From: Takakia lepidozioides
Taxonomy: Eukaryota; Plantae; Bryophyta
Length of the DNA: 64,000 bases
Direction of reading: 5' to 3'
NCBI GenBank assembly: GCA_030704615.1
Contig: CM060731.1
Coordinates: 16,182,001 to 16,246,000 of the forward strand
The notes under the pieces are model-generated. The model was given only the letters and a program-made list of their open reading frames with translations. It made no database searches and had not been told where the DNA came from. Shown piece by piece: positions 1-12,246 of this stretch. The stretch's first letter is position 1. The number at the start of each line of letters is the position of its first letter. Position numbers and translations under genes: made by a program.

Positions 1-2804
1 CTGCGGTGTGTTCTGTTGCCAGGGAGCGGATCACTTGGCATGAGAAGCTGGTAGGCAGTGAAGCCACTCAGAAACGAGTACATGAGTGAGATTGCCTGCT
101 TTTGCCCTTTAATCTTTTGCAATCTTATTGCTGTGGAGGATATGGTCCTATAGCTGGGACACATGCTCAGACCTAAATAGGAAGACAGGAGCAACTAAGA
201 ACGCGAGTTTTTGAGCAAGATTTCAGTGTTCAGAACTGTGAAAAATGTCACAGAATGTCTACAGATGGGGTGTGTCACCAGTAATATGAAGGCGTCTTCG
301 TACTCTTTGGTAATGTAGCTCAAGCAGATGCAGGCAAGCAATGATAGTATTTTGAATTTTTCTCCTTTCTGGACTTCGTGGAACTTATACCTGAGGTGGC
401 AGGCGGTCAAGCTGCAGGAGCAAGGGAAGAGGCAGGAAGGGATGTAAAAGCATTAGACCTTGCTAGCCTGGGTGCTTAGATCCCATGCTCTGTTTGGTCA
501 GAGCAATAAAGCCAGGGCGAGTGTGGGGCGGGGCTGGGCGGGGCGGTTGGGGGCGCAGAGTGAAGACAATAGCATATACTCTCATCTTGTGGCTGAAGTC
601 CCCATCACTAAGATAGAGCAAGACATACAGATCCTTGAGAAGCCCTCTACAGTCGCATGTATCTTGATGACTGATGGGGATTGCATACCTGTAACTGTTA
701 GCTTTGTGAAATTTTGGTTTGTTTTGTGCAGATTAGTGTCTGTAGGGGATTTTGAGGCTGCTGTCACATTGTTGCTGGCAACCCCAGCTGACAACCCCCT
801 CTTCTACAAGGATGCTCTGCGTGCTGTCTCCCTTGCCTCTGCTGTGTCACCTTCTCTGCATGAATTGGCAATCAAGGTACCTTTCTCTTACATCACCTCA
901 TTGATTTTTTTTTCCAAGCTTAGAGGGAAATTTTGTTTTCTTCTCCTCTTCACGGGCTGGCTTCTTCTTGGCAGGTGTTCACCAAGCAAAGAGTGAATCA
1001 ACCAGAAAGCCCAAAAAACATTTATACTTGACTGCTTCATTCTCTCAACACAACATCCTTCTCTAACTCCAGTCTTAGGGTTTTGATATGGTTTTTACTT
1101 ATCCCATATCTCTGGCCAGAAACTGTAATGTCATCACAAAACACAAGTTACGTTCTCATTCACTGCAACTATGAGATCAGTGTCCATGTGCTTGTGAAGT
1201 ATTGTGGATGGTAGGGCTGTTTTCCTTACCCAAGGTTTATTGGCATGGTGGCTGTAGGTTGTTGCGGCCAACATGGTGACAACAGATGATTCGTTGTCAG
1301 GAACACATCTACTTTGTGCTGTGGGGCGGTATCAAGAAGCGTGCTCCCAGGTTTGCATCTGTTACTTTTCCTACTCACAGTTGGGCATTCGTCTTATTTC
1401 CTGTTTTAGGAGGGTATAGGAGCCTCTATCCAGGAGTCCTGCTGGGCACCACAGTGGCATATCTTCTGTGGAAGCCTTGGAAACAAGCCCCTAAAGACAG
1501 GCCACAACAGAAGGGTCTGGGAGGTTATCGATGTGGAGTTGCTTGCAGGTATCAAAGTGTAATCTTCCAAGTTAGTGACAGCCAGGTTGTGTGAGAGTGC
1601 TTATGTACTGCCTTGCTGCAGTTGCAAGATGCAGGGCGCTGGGTGGACGCCGCTACCTTGGCTGCAGCACATCTGCACGGGGCTGATCATGCCAGGTCAC
1701 TGCTGTAAACCTATTCTTGCCAGTGACATAGTTGTCTCTTGGCCCTTGGCAGAGTGTTAGGGTATAGTTTGTACAAGCTGCTCCCCTCCGCAGGGAAGGT
1801 GGGCATGCATCTCAAATACTTGCAGTGGCTCACAAGTCTTCTTTTCACATGTGTTGTGTTTTTAGGCAACCCGAGTTGTTTAGCTTACTTCAGCTGTCCT
1901 CCTTGTGCCGAAAAATAGAAGAGTGGAGTTCCAGTAAGAATCACGGTGGTTAGTTTCATGTATTGGAGTGCAGGGTGTTGGAGAGGTGGGCTGACCACGT
2001 CCTCCACCATGAACACAATTTGTGGCGGTGAGTGCTTTCGACTTTTTCATCACTGGAAGTTTGTAGATGATCATACTGCGGTAGATACATGTTCACCAGC
2101 GTTGTATCTGCATAAATGTAGCTGTTTTCTTTTAGCAGATTTTCGTCTTCCTGCTGTAAGGCTGCAGAGCCTCAATTTTTTGAGTTTAAGAAGAAATCTA
2201 GTTTTGAACCCCATTTTCAGTCTAGACGCTCTGTGGAGTCTTGAGGATGGATAGAAGAATATTTAGTAAGTGGTGAACTGTTTCAAGAACACTGACTTAC
2301 AATAGTCCTGCAGAGTATTGAGATTTGTGTAGGTTCTATGCGGGTTAGCCTTTGCTACCGAGCTGCCATGCCTGCTCCTACCGTCTCAACCAGTACCAGT
2401 GTCACTCAAGTTCAAGGCTTTTGTTCATCATTGGACACTCCAAAGACATGTTGCCAGCATTGAGATGATCTTTATTTGGATGCAGGGCAATGATACTGTA
2501 TGTGTCAGCAGGAGCACTCTCAGAGGTGTTGGCCGCATTGCGCAGCGCAAAACAGCCTGACACGGCAGCCATGTTTCTGCTGGCTTGTCATGAATCCAAA
2601 GAGGCATTGGCCTCAGCTTCCAGAAACTCCAACGAAGAGCCTGAGATTAGGACATCTTTACAGGGAGGTGGAGGTATAAAGTTGGATTTACCAGGGGTCT
2701 TTTCCCATCAGCATGAAGAGGTACAGGCAGCATGTGAATACTATGGACAGTATCAACGGCTTTTAACTCATCTGTGTACAGGGGTAACTACAATGGATGA
2801 TTAG
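1..2804 (+). CDS. WDR11: 3' part of WDR11-like WD40/transducin family gene (exons approx. <1-85, 732-876, 1258-1350, 1622-1695, 1974-2027, 2486-2804)
   Basis: GT-AG exons join in frame to give RERITWHEKL...QKRVHELVSVGDFEAAVTLLLATP...VVAANMV...GTHLLCAVGRYQEACSQLQDAGRWVDAATLAAAHL...VLERWADHVLHHEHNLWRAMILYVSAGAL...QPDTAAMFLLAC, the conserved C-terminus of plant WDR11 homologues; stop TAG at 2802-2804. Confidence 0.88.
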
Positions 2805-3695
2805 ATTCAGTGGGGTTTTCAGTGTAGGTAGGATTGGAGGATGGTCATGAGAACGACCAGATTCATCTTATTTGCAACATTGCAATTTCCAAGCAAGTGC
2901 TTCAATTGTGGGCAATTTAGTCTTGTAGTAGTAGGTATGATCAAATATTTTAGTTGAAAGCCAGTGATCCTGGAAAAGTAAACAAATGGACATGGGACTG
3001 TTTGTCCCTTGTGTGGATGTGTGTTTCACAATTTGCATGTTGGAGAGGGTGACATATTATGACAAAGGATGGATCCATACCTCTAACCTAAGAAAATTCT
3101 TCACCTTCCACAGCCACACCTTAGTCTTCACCAACATAGGCTCATGGCACTATGTATATAGAAACCTCATCATACCTATACTAATTTGACTGGGACAGCT
3201 TGCATAGCTGCATGCCAGCCCTCTTGGGGAGCCTACTCACATGGCTACGGTTTACTAGTGGTATGAGTAGCAAGGAATATTTGGTCCCTGTCCTAAGGGC
3301 CTACTCCCGCGGACACCATAGTGAAAAAAAGGCATGTAGGCATGGGACAATTTTTTTTGTTTTTTTTTTTTTTTTTGTTTGGGGGGGGGGGGGGGGGGGT
3401 TAACAGGGGATGGCCCTGATTTAATTTTATTGAGTTTATTGCGGGGAAAAAAATTAAAACCCCAGATTACACCATGAGATACACACACCGTAGTCAGTGA
3501 TGGATGAACTAACCTCCCGAAGGGAGAAGATGAAGGGGACCTAGGGTTACAATCCCTATGTAGAAGTCACACCAGCAGGGGGTTGCTTAGAATGTAGGCA
3601 GTCGCTTCTGGACTGGTGAGACCACGAGGAATCCATGAAGAGATGAATAGCTTGGAAGCGGCTGGGGACCTGTCCAAAGCTAATACGAAGAGATC

Positions 3696-6600
3696 TCAGC
3701 GGAATTTCAGTCTAGCAGCCGATTTGATGTGGCGCCAATTGATATCCATGTCAAACTCTGGGGACGCCGCCATGGAGGGGTGTGTTGAGTTCTCGCCATC
3801 GATCTGGCGGTTGAGTTGCCCAGGCACAGTGGGATGGTGACGAGCTGGTGCAGAGAAGACCATTTCTTGCCCAAGTGTTGGCGAACTGATCGTGGATAAC
3901 TGCTGCTTGTTGGGGTCTTCTTGCGACATTTGCTTGCAATGCGGGAAGCCAAGCTGGAGTAATTGAATCTTTGATGCTCTGAAAGCCAGAGGAGGTCCTG
4001 GCTGATCATACAATGTTAGCAATAGATGTGGAGTCCATGAAGTCGTGGTTGTTCCAGATGTGGTGAACCTGGTTAATGCCGGATCTGTCCCAGAAAGACC
4101 ATCTCTTGGCTTGGGCCCTTTGTGGTTGGGTGGCTTGTTGTTTATTAAGAACAGGTACTGTCGGAGGTCTCTTCATAAGACTGGGGTTCTGTTTTCCAGA
4201 GAAAGGGTCGGAGCCTTCCCCATGCATGCCAGATAGTGGTCCACAGAAATGAGCCTAAGGCCTTATGCTTGAACCCTTGAGCCACCCAACGCAGAGATGG
4301 GGACCAGAGTGCAGTTTTGAAGGGAGAGGCATCCTGGATGTTCTGAACCACTAGATATTTCCACCAGCCCCCTTCTGGGCCAAAAAAGCGTGGAATCCAC
4401 TTGCCGAGGAGAGTTGTTATCTGGGTTTCTGGGTCTATAATTCAAAGCCCCCCCTGTTTGTTGGGAAGACAAATCTGCTTCCACGATACTTGTGGTCTCT
4501 TTCTAGTTTGGGAGGTACTATCAGATCCCCATAGAGGACCTGGTTGGCCGCCAGGGTTCTCCCGGTGATGGAGAGGTGTTTAGAGCCCCAGAAGGTCAGT
4601 TTGCGCTTGAATTTGGCCAGGGTGGGGGCAAATTTCTGGTCATCCGAGAGGCCGACACCGAAGGTATAACCCAGGAGTGTTGTTGTCTAGTGCCCCAAGT
4701 CCTAGCCGGGATAACCCATGTTAGAGCCCAAGAAGGATCATTTCCTAAATGGGATTGATGGAGGTCCCTAGTTAGAATAGCGCATGTTTTTGCCGAGTTG
4801 ACTTTGAAACCTGAAGCATGGCAGAAAAGGTTCAACGTAGATGTAGCCTCTTGGAGGTTTTGAGGGGTGGCCTGGAGGATGAGGAAGGTGTCATCGACGA
4901 ACATAGAATCTTTGAGCTCCGCTGGCTGAGAGGTATGGTAATTAGTTATGTGAAGACCTCTGATGAGGCGGTTGGATTCGAGCATATAGCCTAGAGAGCC
5001 AGCCACAAGTAGGAAGAGGAAGGGAGCTAGTGGGCAACCCTGTCTGACATACCTATGGAGCGGGAAGGAGGTGGAAAGTTGCCCATTGACAAAGACCCTA
5101 CTTGAGGAGTTCTGAAGGGTAGATGAAGACTAGAGTGGCTCAGTTTGGACTGCAATTTGCAGTTTTCGACTGACTGCTTGTCATATTATTCTTCACCCTA
5201 TACACATAAATATATATTCATAGCAAATGGACTTAAAACGGGTTAGCCACTTACCATATGTACATGTGGGTACAATTATTTTGGAATTTGGATGAAATCT
5301 CATGAAGCTATGGACTTTTGTAGGGAATTCCAATGGATGGACTGTCACAGTCCATTGGATGTCCCAAATGCCATCTGAAAAACCTATTTGTGCAATTACA
5401 ACTAGATACACAATGTTTGAATAGACTCAAATATAAATTTGTGAACAATTCCATCCATCCATCAAGACACTATGGACTTTTTTATACCCAAAAAACCCCC
5501 AAAATGACGATTTGTTCATAGCGTTTTGAAAAATTCATATTTGGGTGGAGATCTTTGCTAAGAATATATATATTGTTATTGTTTCTAGGAGCTTATTGTT
5601 ATATGGACAATTTCATAAACTACAAGATAATAATAAATAGCTATTATGTCTAAATAAGGGAATATATATTATTATAATAATATATATCTCAAATATTTGG
5701 GATGAGACCATTTACTTAGTATACCATTACCTATGAAGATAAAAATATATTTGAACAAATATCCTTAATTAAAATGTGCATTAATTTTTTTTCCTGGACT
5801 TTCAGTGGAGGGCACATCTGTCGCTTTTGAGCCAGTGTAGTCTGCACTTACCCTGAAGGAGGATGACGACCCATTTCCTAAAAGATTCTGGCCGGATGCC
5901 TACCCTGGCAAGAGCTCCCAGGAGGAATGACCATTCAACCTTATCGAAGGCTTTCTCAAAGTCAAGGAGCAGGAGAGCGATTGCTTGTTTGGTTTTGAGG
6001 GCAAAGTCAGGTATTTCTTGGGCGAGAAGGAGGTTGTCCATGATATATCTGCCTTTCATGAAGCCAGTTTGGTTAGGTCTGATGAGAGTTGGAAGGTGGG
6101 GTTGTAGTCTGAGAGCTAAGGCTAAATGGCTATAATTTTGTAGGCTATATTTAGAAGGGTGATGGGGCGGTAGTTGGAGATATTAGTGTGGTCCCCTTTT
6201 TTGAAGAGAAGAGTAATGACCCCTTGGGACAAATTTTTGGACATCCTGCCACAACAGAAGATATGGTTGGCCATGGATAGAAAGTCATTGGAGATTTCGG
6301 GCCAAAGGCATTTGTAGAACTACACTGGAATTCCATCGATGCCAGGGGATTTCCCATTGTGTATTTTGCGCAATGCTCTCTCTAGTTCCAGCAGGGTGAA
6401 CTCCCCTTAAAGGGATCCAAATAGGTTTGGTGCTAACATGGATGGGGTGGATTGCAAGCATGTTTGTTGGTGAGGAGAGAGGGTTAGATCTCTTTGTGAG
6501 TCACTTTGGAAGAGATTTGTAAAGTGGTCTCTTGCCAGGGTAGAAAGTTGTTTTGGGGATGAGGCAGAAAGGCCAGTGGACTGATCAATTAGCTCAGTAA

Positions 6601-6850
6601 TGTTTTGAGAAGCTCTGCATAGCCTAGTCTTGTCAAAGAAGTACTCTAACATCTTTTCCCCCTTGGTTGACCAGTTGACTCCGGCTTGGAGCTTAAGTTT
6701 CTGCTCTTGGAGGGATTCCAAAAGGATTCTAAATTCTGCTTGGCTTCAAGGTATGTGAGGTAGGTGTGATTGTCGCATCTGGGTGATTCAATGCGAATCT
6801 GACACACTGAAAGGCATTTGGTTAAAGCTTTGATTTTCCTAGAGCGTTCC
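3696..6850 (-). pseudogene. LINE ORF2 reverse transcriptase and C-terminal region (stops/frameshifts)
   Basis: ORF fragments 6407..6721, 5802..6059 (LLDFEKAFDKVEWSFL), 4596..5006 (MFVDDT, SGFKVNSAKT), 3696..4022. Confidence 0.85.
5117..5853. mobile_element. 737-bp AT-rich non-autonomous TIR element (MITE-like) inserted in the LINE RT
   Basis: Imperfect ~26-bp TIRs GGGTAGATGAAGACTAGAGTGGCTCA / TGAGCCAGTGTAGTCTGCACTTACCC; flanking duplication TGAA (5113-5116, 5854-5857; can also be read as 6-bp CTGAAG); removal restores the LINE frame. Confidence 0.8.
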
Positions 6851-6854
6851 AGAG

Positions 6855-6941
6855 TGTCATGCACCTAAGCATCGTGCCACAAAATACATCGCTGTCCGTC
6901 ACACATCCTAAGCATACAATCCTAGAAATCTATGCCACAAT
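6855..6941. repeat. Terminal repeat A, outer copy (87 bp)
   Basis: Matches 7300-7386 with 5 mismatches. Confidence 0.92.
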
Positions 6942-7297
6942 GTGAACACACAATGGAAACACTCCACTCATGAATCCACTCAATCACATAAACTAAGTCA
7001 AGCCAAGGGCACCTTTGCTAAGGGAATCCACCCTACAAAGCCCTCACCACACTCCCTCTCAATATCTAGAGCTATGGAGGTGGAAGAGGCTCATGGAGGC
7101 TCAACTACAAGAAGATGAGCCCTCCTCAACCCTCAAAGGGGAAAACCCATCCCCATATCCCAAGTGAGGCTTGACACCTCACTTGGCATGTAAGACCAAA
7201 TGAAGTCCCAACACACAAAATGTAAATATAAATATCTAAAATGTCCTAGTTAACTAGAAGTAGGTAATTCTACTTAACCATGACAAAAACCATGACA
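6942..7297. repeat. Terminal repeat B, left copy (~356 bp)
   Basis: Near-identical to 16108-16462 (GTGAACACACAATGG...AAACCATGACA). Confidence 0.93.
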
Positions 7298-7299
7298 GC

Positions 7300-7386
7300 T
7301 GTCGTGCACCTAAGCATCGTGCCACAACATACATCGTTGTCCATCACACATCCTAAGCATACAATCCTAGAAAGCTATGCCACAAT
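7300..7386. repeat. Terminal repeat A, inner copy (87 bp)
   Basis: TGTCGTGCACCTAAGC...TATGCCACAAT, separated from B by the dinucleotide GC. Confidence 0.92.
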
Positions 7387-7654
7387 CGCCCCCTAGCTGG
7401 TGATTAGGTCCCTCTAACAACGGATAGTTGACAAGTATCCATCTCAATAAGATCATTGTTTGGTCTTCACTCGCACATGTCCCAATTTTCTAAAGTCTAT
7501 GGATCAAGAGGCCGGGTGCAAAAGTAGCCCCATCGTTAGTCGCCTTCCCGCAATCCATGGCTTTCACTCGGGTATCCATGGCGTTGAAATCCCACTAATT
7601 AGACCTTGGGTCATTGTCAACCTCACCATTGTCATGTCCACGGACCACTATCTC

Positions 7655-7810
7655 TGTCCAAGGCATCATGGACACAATCATTCTCCGCTAGGAACCTCCT
7701 CAAGTGGCGGTGTCAAGCATCCCATGTGCCACCCCCTTGAGCATTTATCACACACCAGCATGGTGGCTGCACCACCAGCATACCCACATAGCATGCAACG
7801 CAACCCTACA
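7655..7810 (-). pseudogene. PHD finger C-terminal to integrase
   Basis: CMLC...MLVCDKCSRGWHMGCLTPPLEEVPSGE*LCP*C = C4HC3 with two nonsense codons. Confidence 0.88.
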
Positions 7811-7999
7811 GGTACCACTGCAAGGTTGGGATCTATCCTCCCATCCACATGTGGAAGGTGACATGGCGCACAATTGCGCACATGGTCCTTCCATACCATG
7901 CCATCTCAACCCTCCAGAATCAACACTCCTAAAGGCAACACCTCCCGTACCCGTAGAATCACACGCCCTGTTGTGACATCCAAGGTCGTAGGTGTTGTT

Positions 8000-9422
8000 T
8001 GCTGTAGACACACATAGTCCCCAGGGTTGAATCTCTGAACACCCAGTCGATATCCGCCTCTACGTAAGGTGGCATACCTCAATGTGTCTCAGTGTTGGGC
8101 AATAGCAAGGTTCTCAAAAGCCATAGGCATGACTTTCTTGAACAACTCTGCCCGCTGGTCACACGCTTATGCCTACACATCCGGATCATCAAGGTCAAGG
8201 ACTACTGCAGTCTACTGCGAATAGATGCAGGCAAATCTGGCTCTCGGCCGAAGAGAAGAACGTAAGGTGAAAAAGACGCAAGTGACGTTTGTTTGCTCAA
8301 CCTGTAGCCCATAGCCAACCAATGCAGCTGAAGGTCCCAATCTCCCAAGTGTCCCTTCTGCAAACCGTACTTGCGCAAACCCCTCTTGACTGTCTGAACA
8401 ACTCTCTCTGCCAAGCCATCAGCCTCGGGATGATCCCGAGAAGTAGTGCGGTGATCTATCAAGGCTTGCTCACACAAAGCCTGAAATTCCCCCAAGAACT
8501 CTCTCCCCTGGTCCGTGAGTACCTTGGCTGGAGCACCAAATTGGCTAAGCACTCGATCTAAGAATGCATACGCAGCCCCCTCACTTGCCTTGTCAGGAAA
8601 TGCCACCAGTTCAATCCATTTGGAGAAATATTCCACCATCACCAGCACATACTTGTTATGGCGAATCGTTAGTGGCAATGGGCCTGCGAAGTCAAAACTC
8701 CAACGATAGCCCAAACCCATAATGGGTAAAGGATGCAATTGTGGAGTAGGTGTATTGAAAGAAGCCCGCACTTTATCACACACCATGCAGCTTGCCACTA
8801 ACTGTTGCACATCCGTGTGCATGCCCCGCCACCAATACTGTCCTTGCAGCAAACTATGAGTGCGCCGCACCCCAAAATGTCTCAACTCCTCATGGGCATG
8901 GCGTACCAATCGCGCTCGTTGTGTTGGATGAGGCACAATCCTCACTCGTCCATCTTCCCATACTCGAAGTAGGTGAGTCCCCTCCCACTTGAACCTCTTG
9001 GCTCGTTGTAGGATCCAATTTCTCTCCTTAGCAGTCACACTGGCTGCTGTCTCTCTAGTACAAAGGTAGGCCAACACTGCTGCATCTTCATGTACATCCT
9101 TAGCACCACCAAGCTCCTCACTGATCTCTGGATCGTCATGCACACTATCTCTATGACCAATCGCATGGGATGGACCAGCTTGAGCTCCCATTGCTAGAAT
9201 GCATAAAAAGGCAGATGCATGCCATCCTGGCACCATCTCCTCATCCGTCTCACCATGCCACTGAGCTCCAGTATCATCATGTTTGTTCGTGCATGGATTA
9301 CGACTCAACCCATCTGCATCCCAATTGACTACACCAGCTCGATGCACCATCTGGAAGTCGTACTCTTGAAACATAAGTGCCCACCGTGCAAGCTTCCCTG
9401 TAAGCTTGTCTGACTCCATCAA
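8000..9422 (-). pseudogene. DDE integrase with HHCC zinc finger
   Basis: HEELRHFG...CMVC, WSFDFAGP, LTDQGREF, GLAERVVQTVK, SPYVLLFGREP. Confidence 0.93.
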
Positions 9423-9434
9423 TCACTTCAATGG

Positions 9435-10779
9435 TTAGTGATCCGTGACAAGGGTGAAGAGATTGTCATAGAGGTAGCATCTAAAATGTGCCACTGCCCA
9501 TACTGCAGCTGGACACTCTCCTTCATATGAGCTATATTTCGTCTCAGTATCATTGTTCGAGTGGCTAGCATATGCCACTACGAACTCTCTTTCCTCATCA
9601 TCCACCTGTATGAGCACTACTCCAATCCCCAACATACTCCAATCCGTATGTAGCTGGAAAGGCCGCCCCCGAATAGGCCGCCTCAGAATAGGCGCAGAAG
9701 TTAATCGAGCCTTGAGTTCCTCAAAGGCTTCCTCCTACTCCTCCTCCCACTGCCACTCTTGACCCACCTTGGTCAACTTGGTAAGAGCCTTTGCAATGCT
9801 GTTAAATCCCTTGACAAACCGTCGATAGTAGTTTGCCAACCCCATGAAAACACGAACTCTGCTAACATCGATGGGGCGTGGAATGCGTGCAATGGCCTCC
9901 ACCTTCGTCTTTTGAACACCCAATCCTCCAGGGTATATCATGTGGCCCAGATACTCAATCTGGTTGTGGAAGAACTTGCACTTCCCAGGGTGCAATTTCA
10001 ACCCATGCGCTCTCAAGCGCTCAAACACCATCTGAAGGGTTTTCTCGTGCTCCTCAATCGTAGCACTAAAGATGATGATGTCATCAATGTAGCACCGGGC
10101 GAAGTCTAGCCCCGCAAGAATCCTATCCATGACCCTCTGAAACTTTGCAGGAGCAGTCTTCAACCCAAACGGTAGGAACCGCCATTGGTACAAGCAATCA
10201 TTCCCATGTTGGTCAATCCCCCAGAATGTCGTCTTTTGCTTGTCAGCCTCTTTGATTGGTAACTGGTGATAACCGGATCGCAAGTCCAATGTGCTAAACA
10301 TCTTTGCATGCCCAATGGCATCAAAGATCTCCTCTGGAGTTGGGCATGGCATATCTATCGGACATAGTCTGACGGTTCACAGGACGGTAGTCCCCACACA
10401 TCATCCTTTCTGTCCAATTGCCATAGATATCCTTCTTAGCGGGCATCACCGTTGCCAAGGCATACTCCCCGCCTGACAACTCCACCAATCCAACTTCGAA
10501 CAACTTCATAGTCCGTGACTGGATCAAAGACCTCTCCATATCACTATACATGTAGGGCCTTCAAAAAATTGGCGTGTCACTTGCCAAATCAATACGAATC
10601 TCCTGGCCCTTCAAACTCCCCAAATCCTTCAAACCGAAGGCAAAGCAATTTCTATAAGCCCTTAGAAATCGCTGGATCCTCCGCCTCTCTCCTCCGGTGA
10701 CTGTAGGTCCAACATCTGGTTCCCAGTTGTCCTCAGTGACTGCAACCTTGGGTACACCAGGCTTGGAAGTAGGAGACAC
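9435..10779 (-). pseudogene. Reverse transcriptase + RNase H (Ty3/Gypsy)
   Basis: RMCGDYRPVN-like, FSTLDLRSGYHQ, LPFGLKTAP, YIDDIIIFS, YLGH, VAYAS...YSSYEGE, FTLVTDH. Confidence 0.93.
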
Positions 10780-11199
10780 ATCTTTTGGTTGCTAGATAGC
10801 AACCTCTTGGGCTTTATCCGCCCACCCTGACTGTGGCGTAGCCTCCACTTGCTCCGTCATAGCCATCTTGAGAACATCCTCTGGGGAAGAAACATTCTCA
10901 ACCTCTTGAACAACATTGGCCACCTTGGCCTCCACCTGATCCTCAGTGTATGGCTCTCCCCACTCCTCATACTACTGCTTGAGAGATCCAATGACTCTCT
11001 CTTTGCTCATCTCATCCCACATCTGCCATGTGTGTTTGCACCCCATGATCATGTGCTCGTCCCCACTCACTGCCTCCACCGTCCCGGCAGAGATGTTGCA
11101 ATATCCAATGGAAGTGCAGAAGTAGCCACCAATGCTTGCAATCTCCGTTGCTCAGCAATACACAAGCCAATGACCCATGTCAAGCAATTGAGATCCATT

Positions 11200-12110
11200 G
11201 CCTGACCCAACACCTGGCGTCATGATACCTCTGACAGAGTTAGCACAGCTGTAGTGCCCGTGGCAAATCCCATTGCTCGCTCTCGTTTATCCATTGGGCT
11301 CCACCAATTGTTGTAGCACACTATCCCAAATCAACCCTGGACCATTGTCTCGAAAAGTATGAGACGAGGGAAAGCTCATGAGTGTAGGAAAGGCTGCACG
11401 TGGCTGCCCCACTCGATTTACCACTGCTAGAGGTGGATGGTCATCATGTCGCACCCTCTGTGGTTGCCTCCCTTGGTCCAAAATACCCTCAACTGTGAGA
11501 TTGGGTGGCCGTTGAATGGAATCGTATGCTCTCTTGAGCAGCTCTGGTGGTGCAAGATTGGTCTACCATAATCGAGGTCGATGCGCTCGTGATCCCACCG
11601 CTGCTGCATCCAATAGCACCGCTGATCCAAATCCAAGACCGCACCTGATGCACACTGGCCATAACCCTGGCCCGAGAGTCCCCCATAAGAGGAACATTCT
11701 CCAAGATATAGGCTAGAGGTTGCACTTGCCTCGTCTGCAAGTCACGCAACACTCTCAACATCTCCCAAAACAAATGCGATCGTGCATCATGCAAGCCATT
11801 CCCATGACTTGCAGGAGAGTGTCCTTGGCAAGGCCATCCAGCTATAACCAAGTCAATGGCACCATGCCGGTCCAAATCATCCGCCCCCAGCAAAGTAATG
11901 TCTGCTAGCAAGGCCTTTTGATACCCTTGAATTGCTGAGAGAGGCAACAACTCAGGATACCGGTGTGTGAGCAAGGCGATGTGGTGCATAGAAATATGCC
12001 GAGCTATCTCAGCCTTCTCCACATACAAGTACTTGCGTACTTTAATCCCTGCTTGCAACACTCCTGCAAGCCCAGTGCTCATGCCTCCAAACATGTCTAG
12101 CAAACAATTC
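11200..12110 (-). pseudogene. C5 cytosine DNA methyltransferase domain inside pol (DNMT3-like motifs; frameshifted C-terminal part)
   Basis: Motif I LDMFGGMSTG, motif II YVEK, motif III DIT, catalytic motif IV IAGWPCQGHS, motif VI YILENV in ORF 11489..12103. Confidence 0.9.
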
Positions 12111-12246
12111 CCTGAATCAACTGGTTGTCAGGTAATGGGCATTGTGTCCAAAGGAGCTAACTGAGGAGGTCCGGGTGATGTCACTGAACTCCCCTCACTC
12201 ACCAATGGATTGGCCTCCTGCCATGCTTGGTGCACACACTCGCCTG

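Noticed and set aside
3381-3399. Poly-G run as a functional G-quadruplex element
   Set aside because: It lies at the LINE 3' tail, homopolymer length is unreliable, and there is no supporting context
6855-7297. Independent solo LTR next to a truncated element
   Set aside because: It has no TSD of its own; the only TSD (AGAG) encloses the whole 6855-16462 unit
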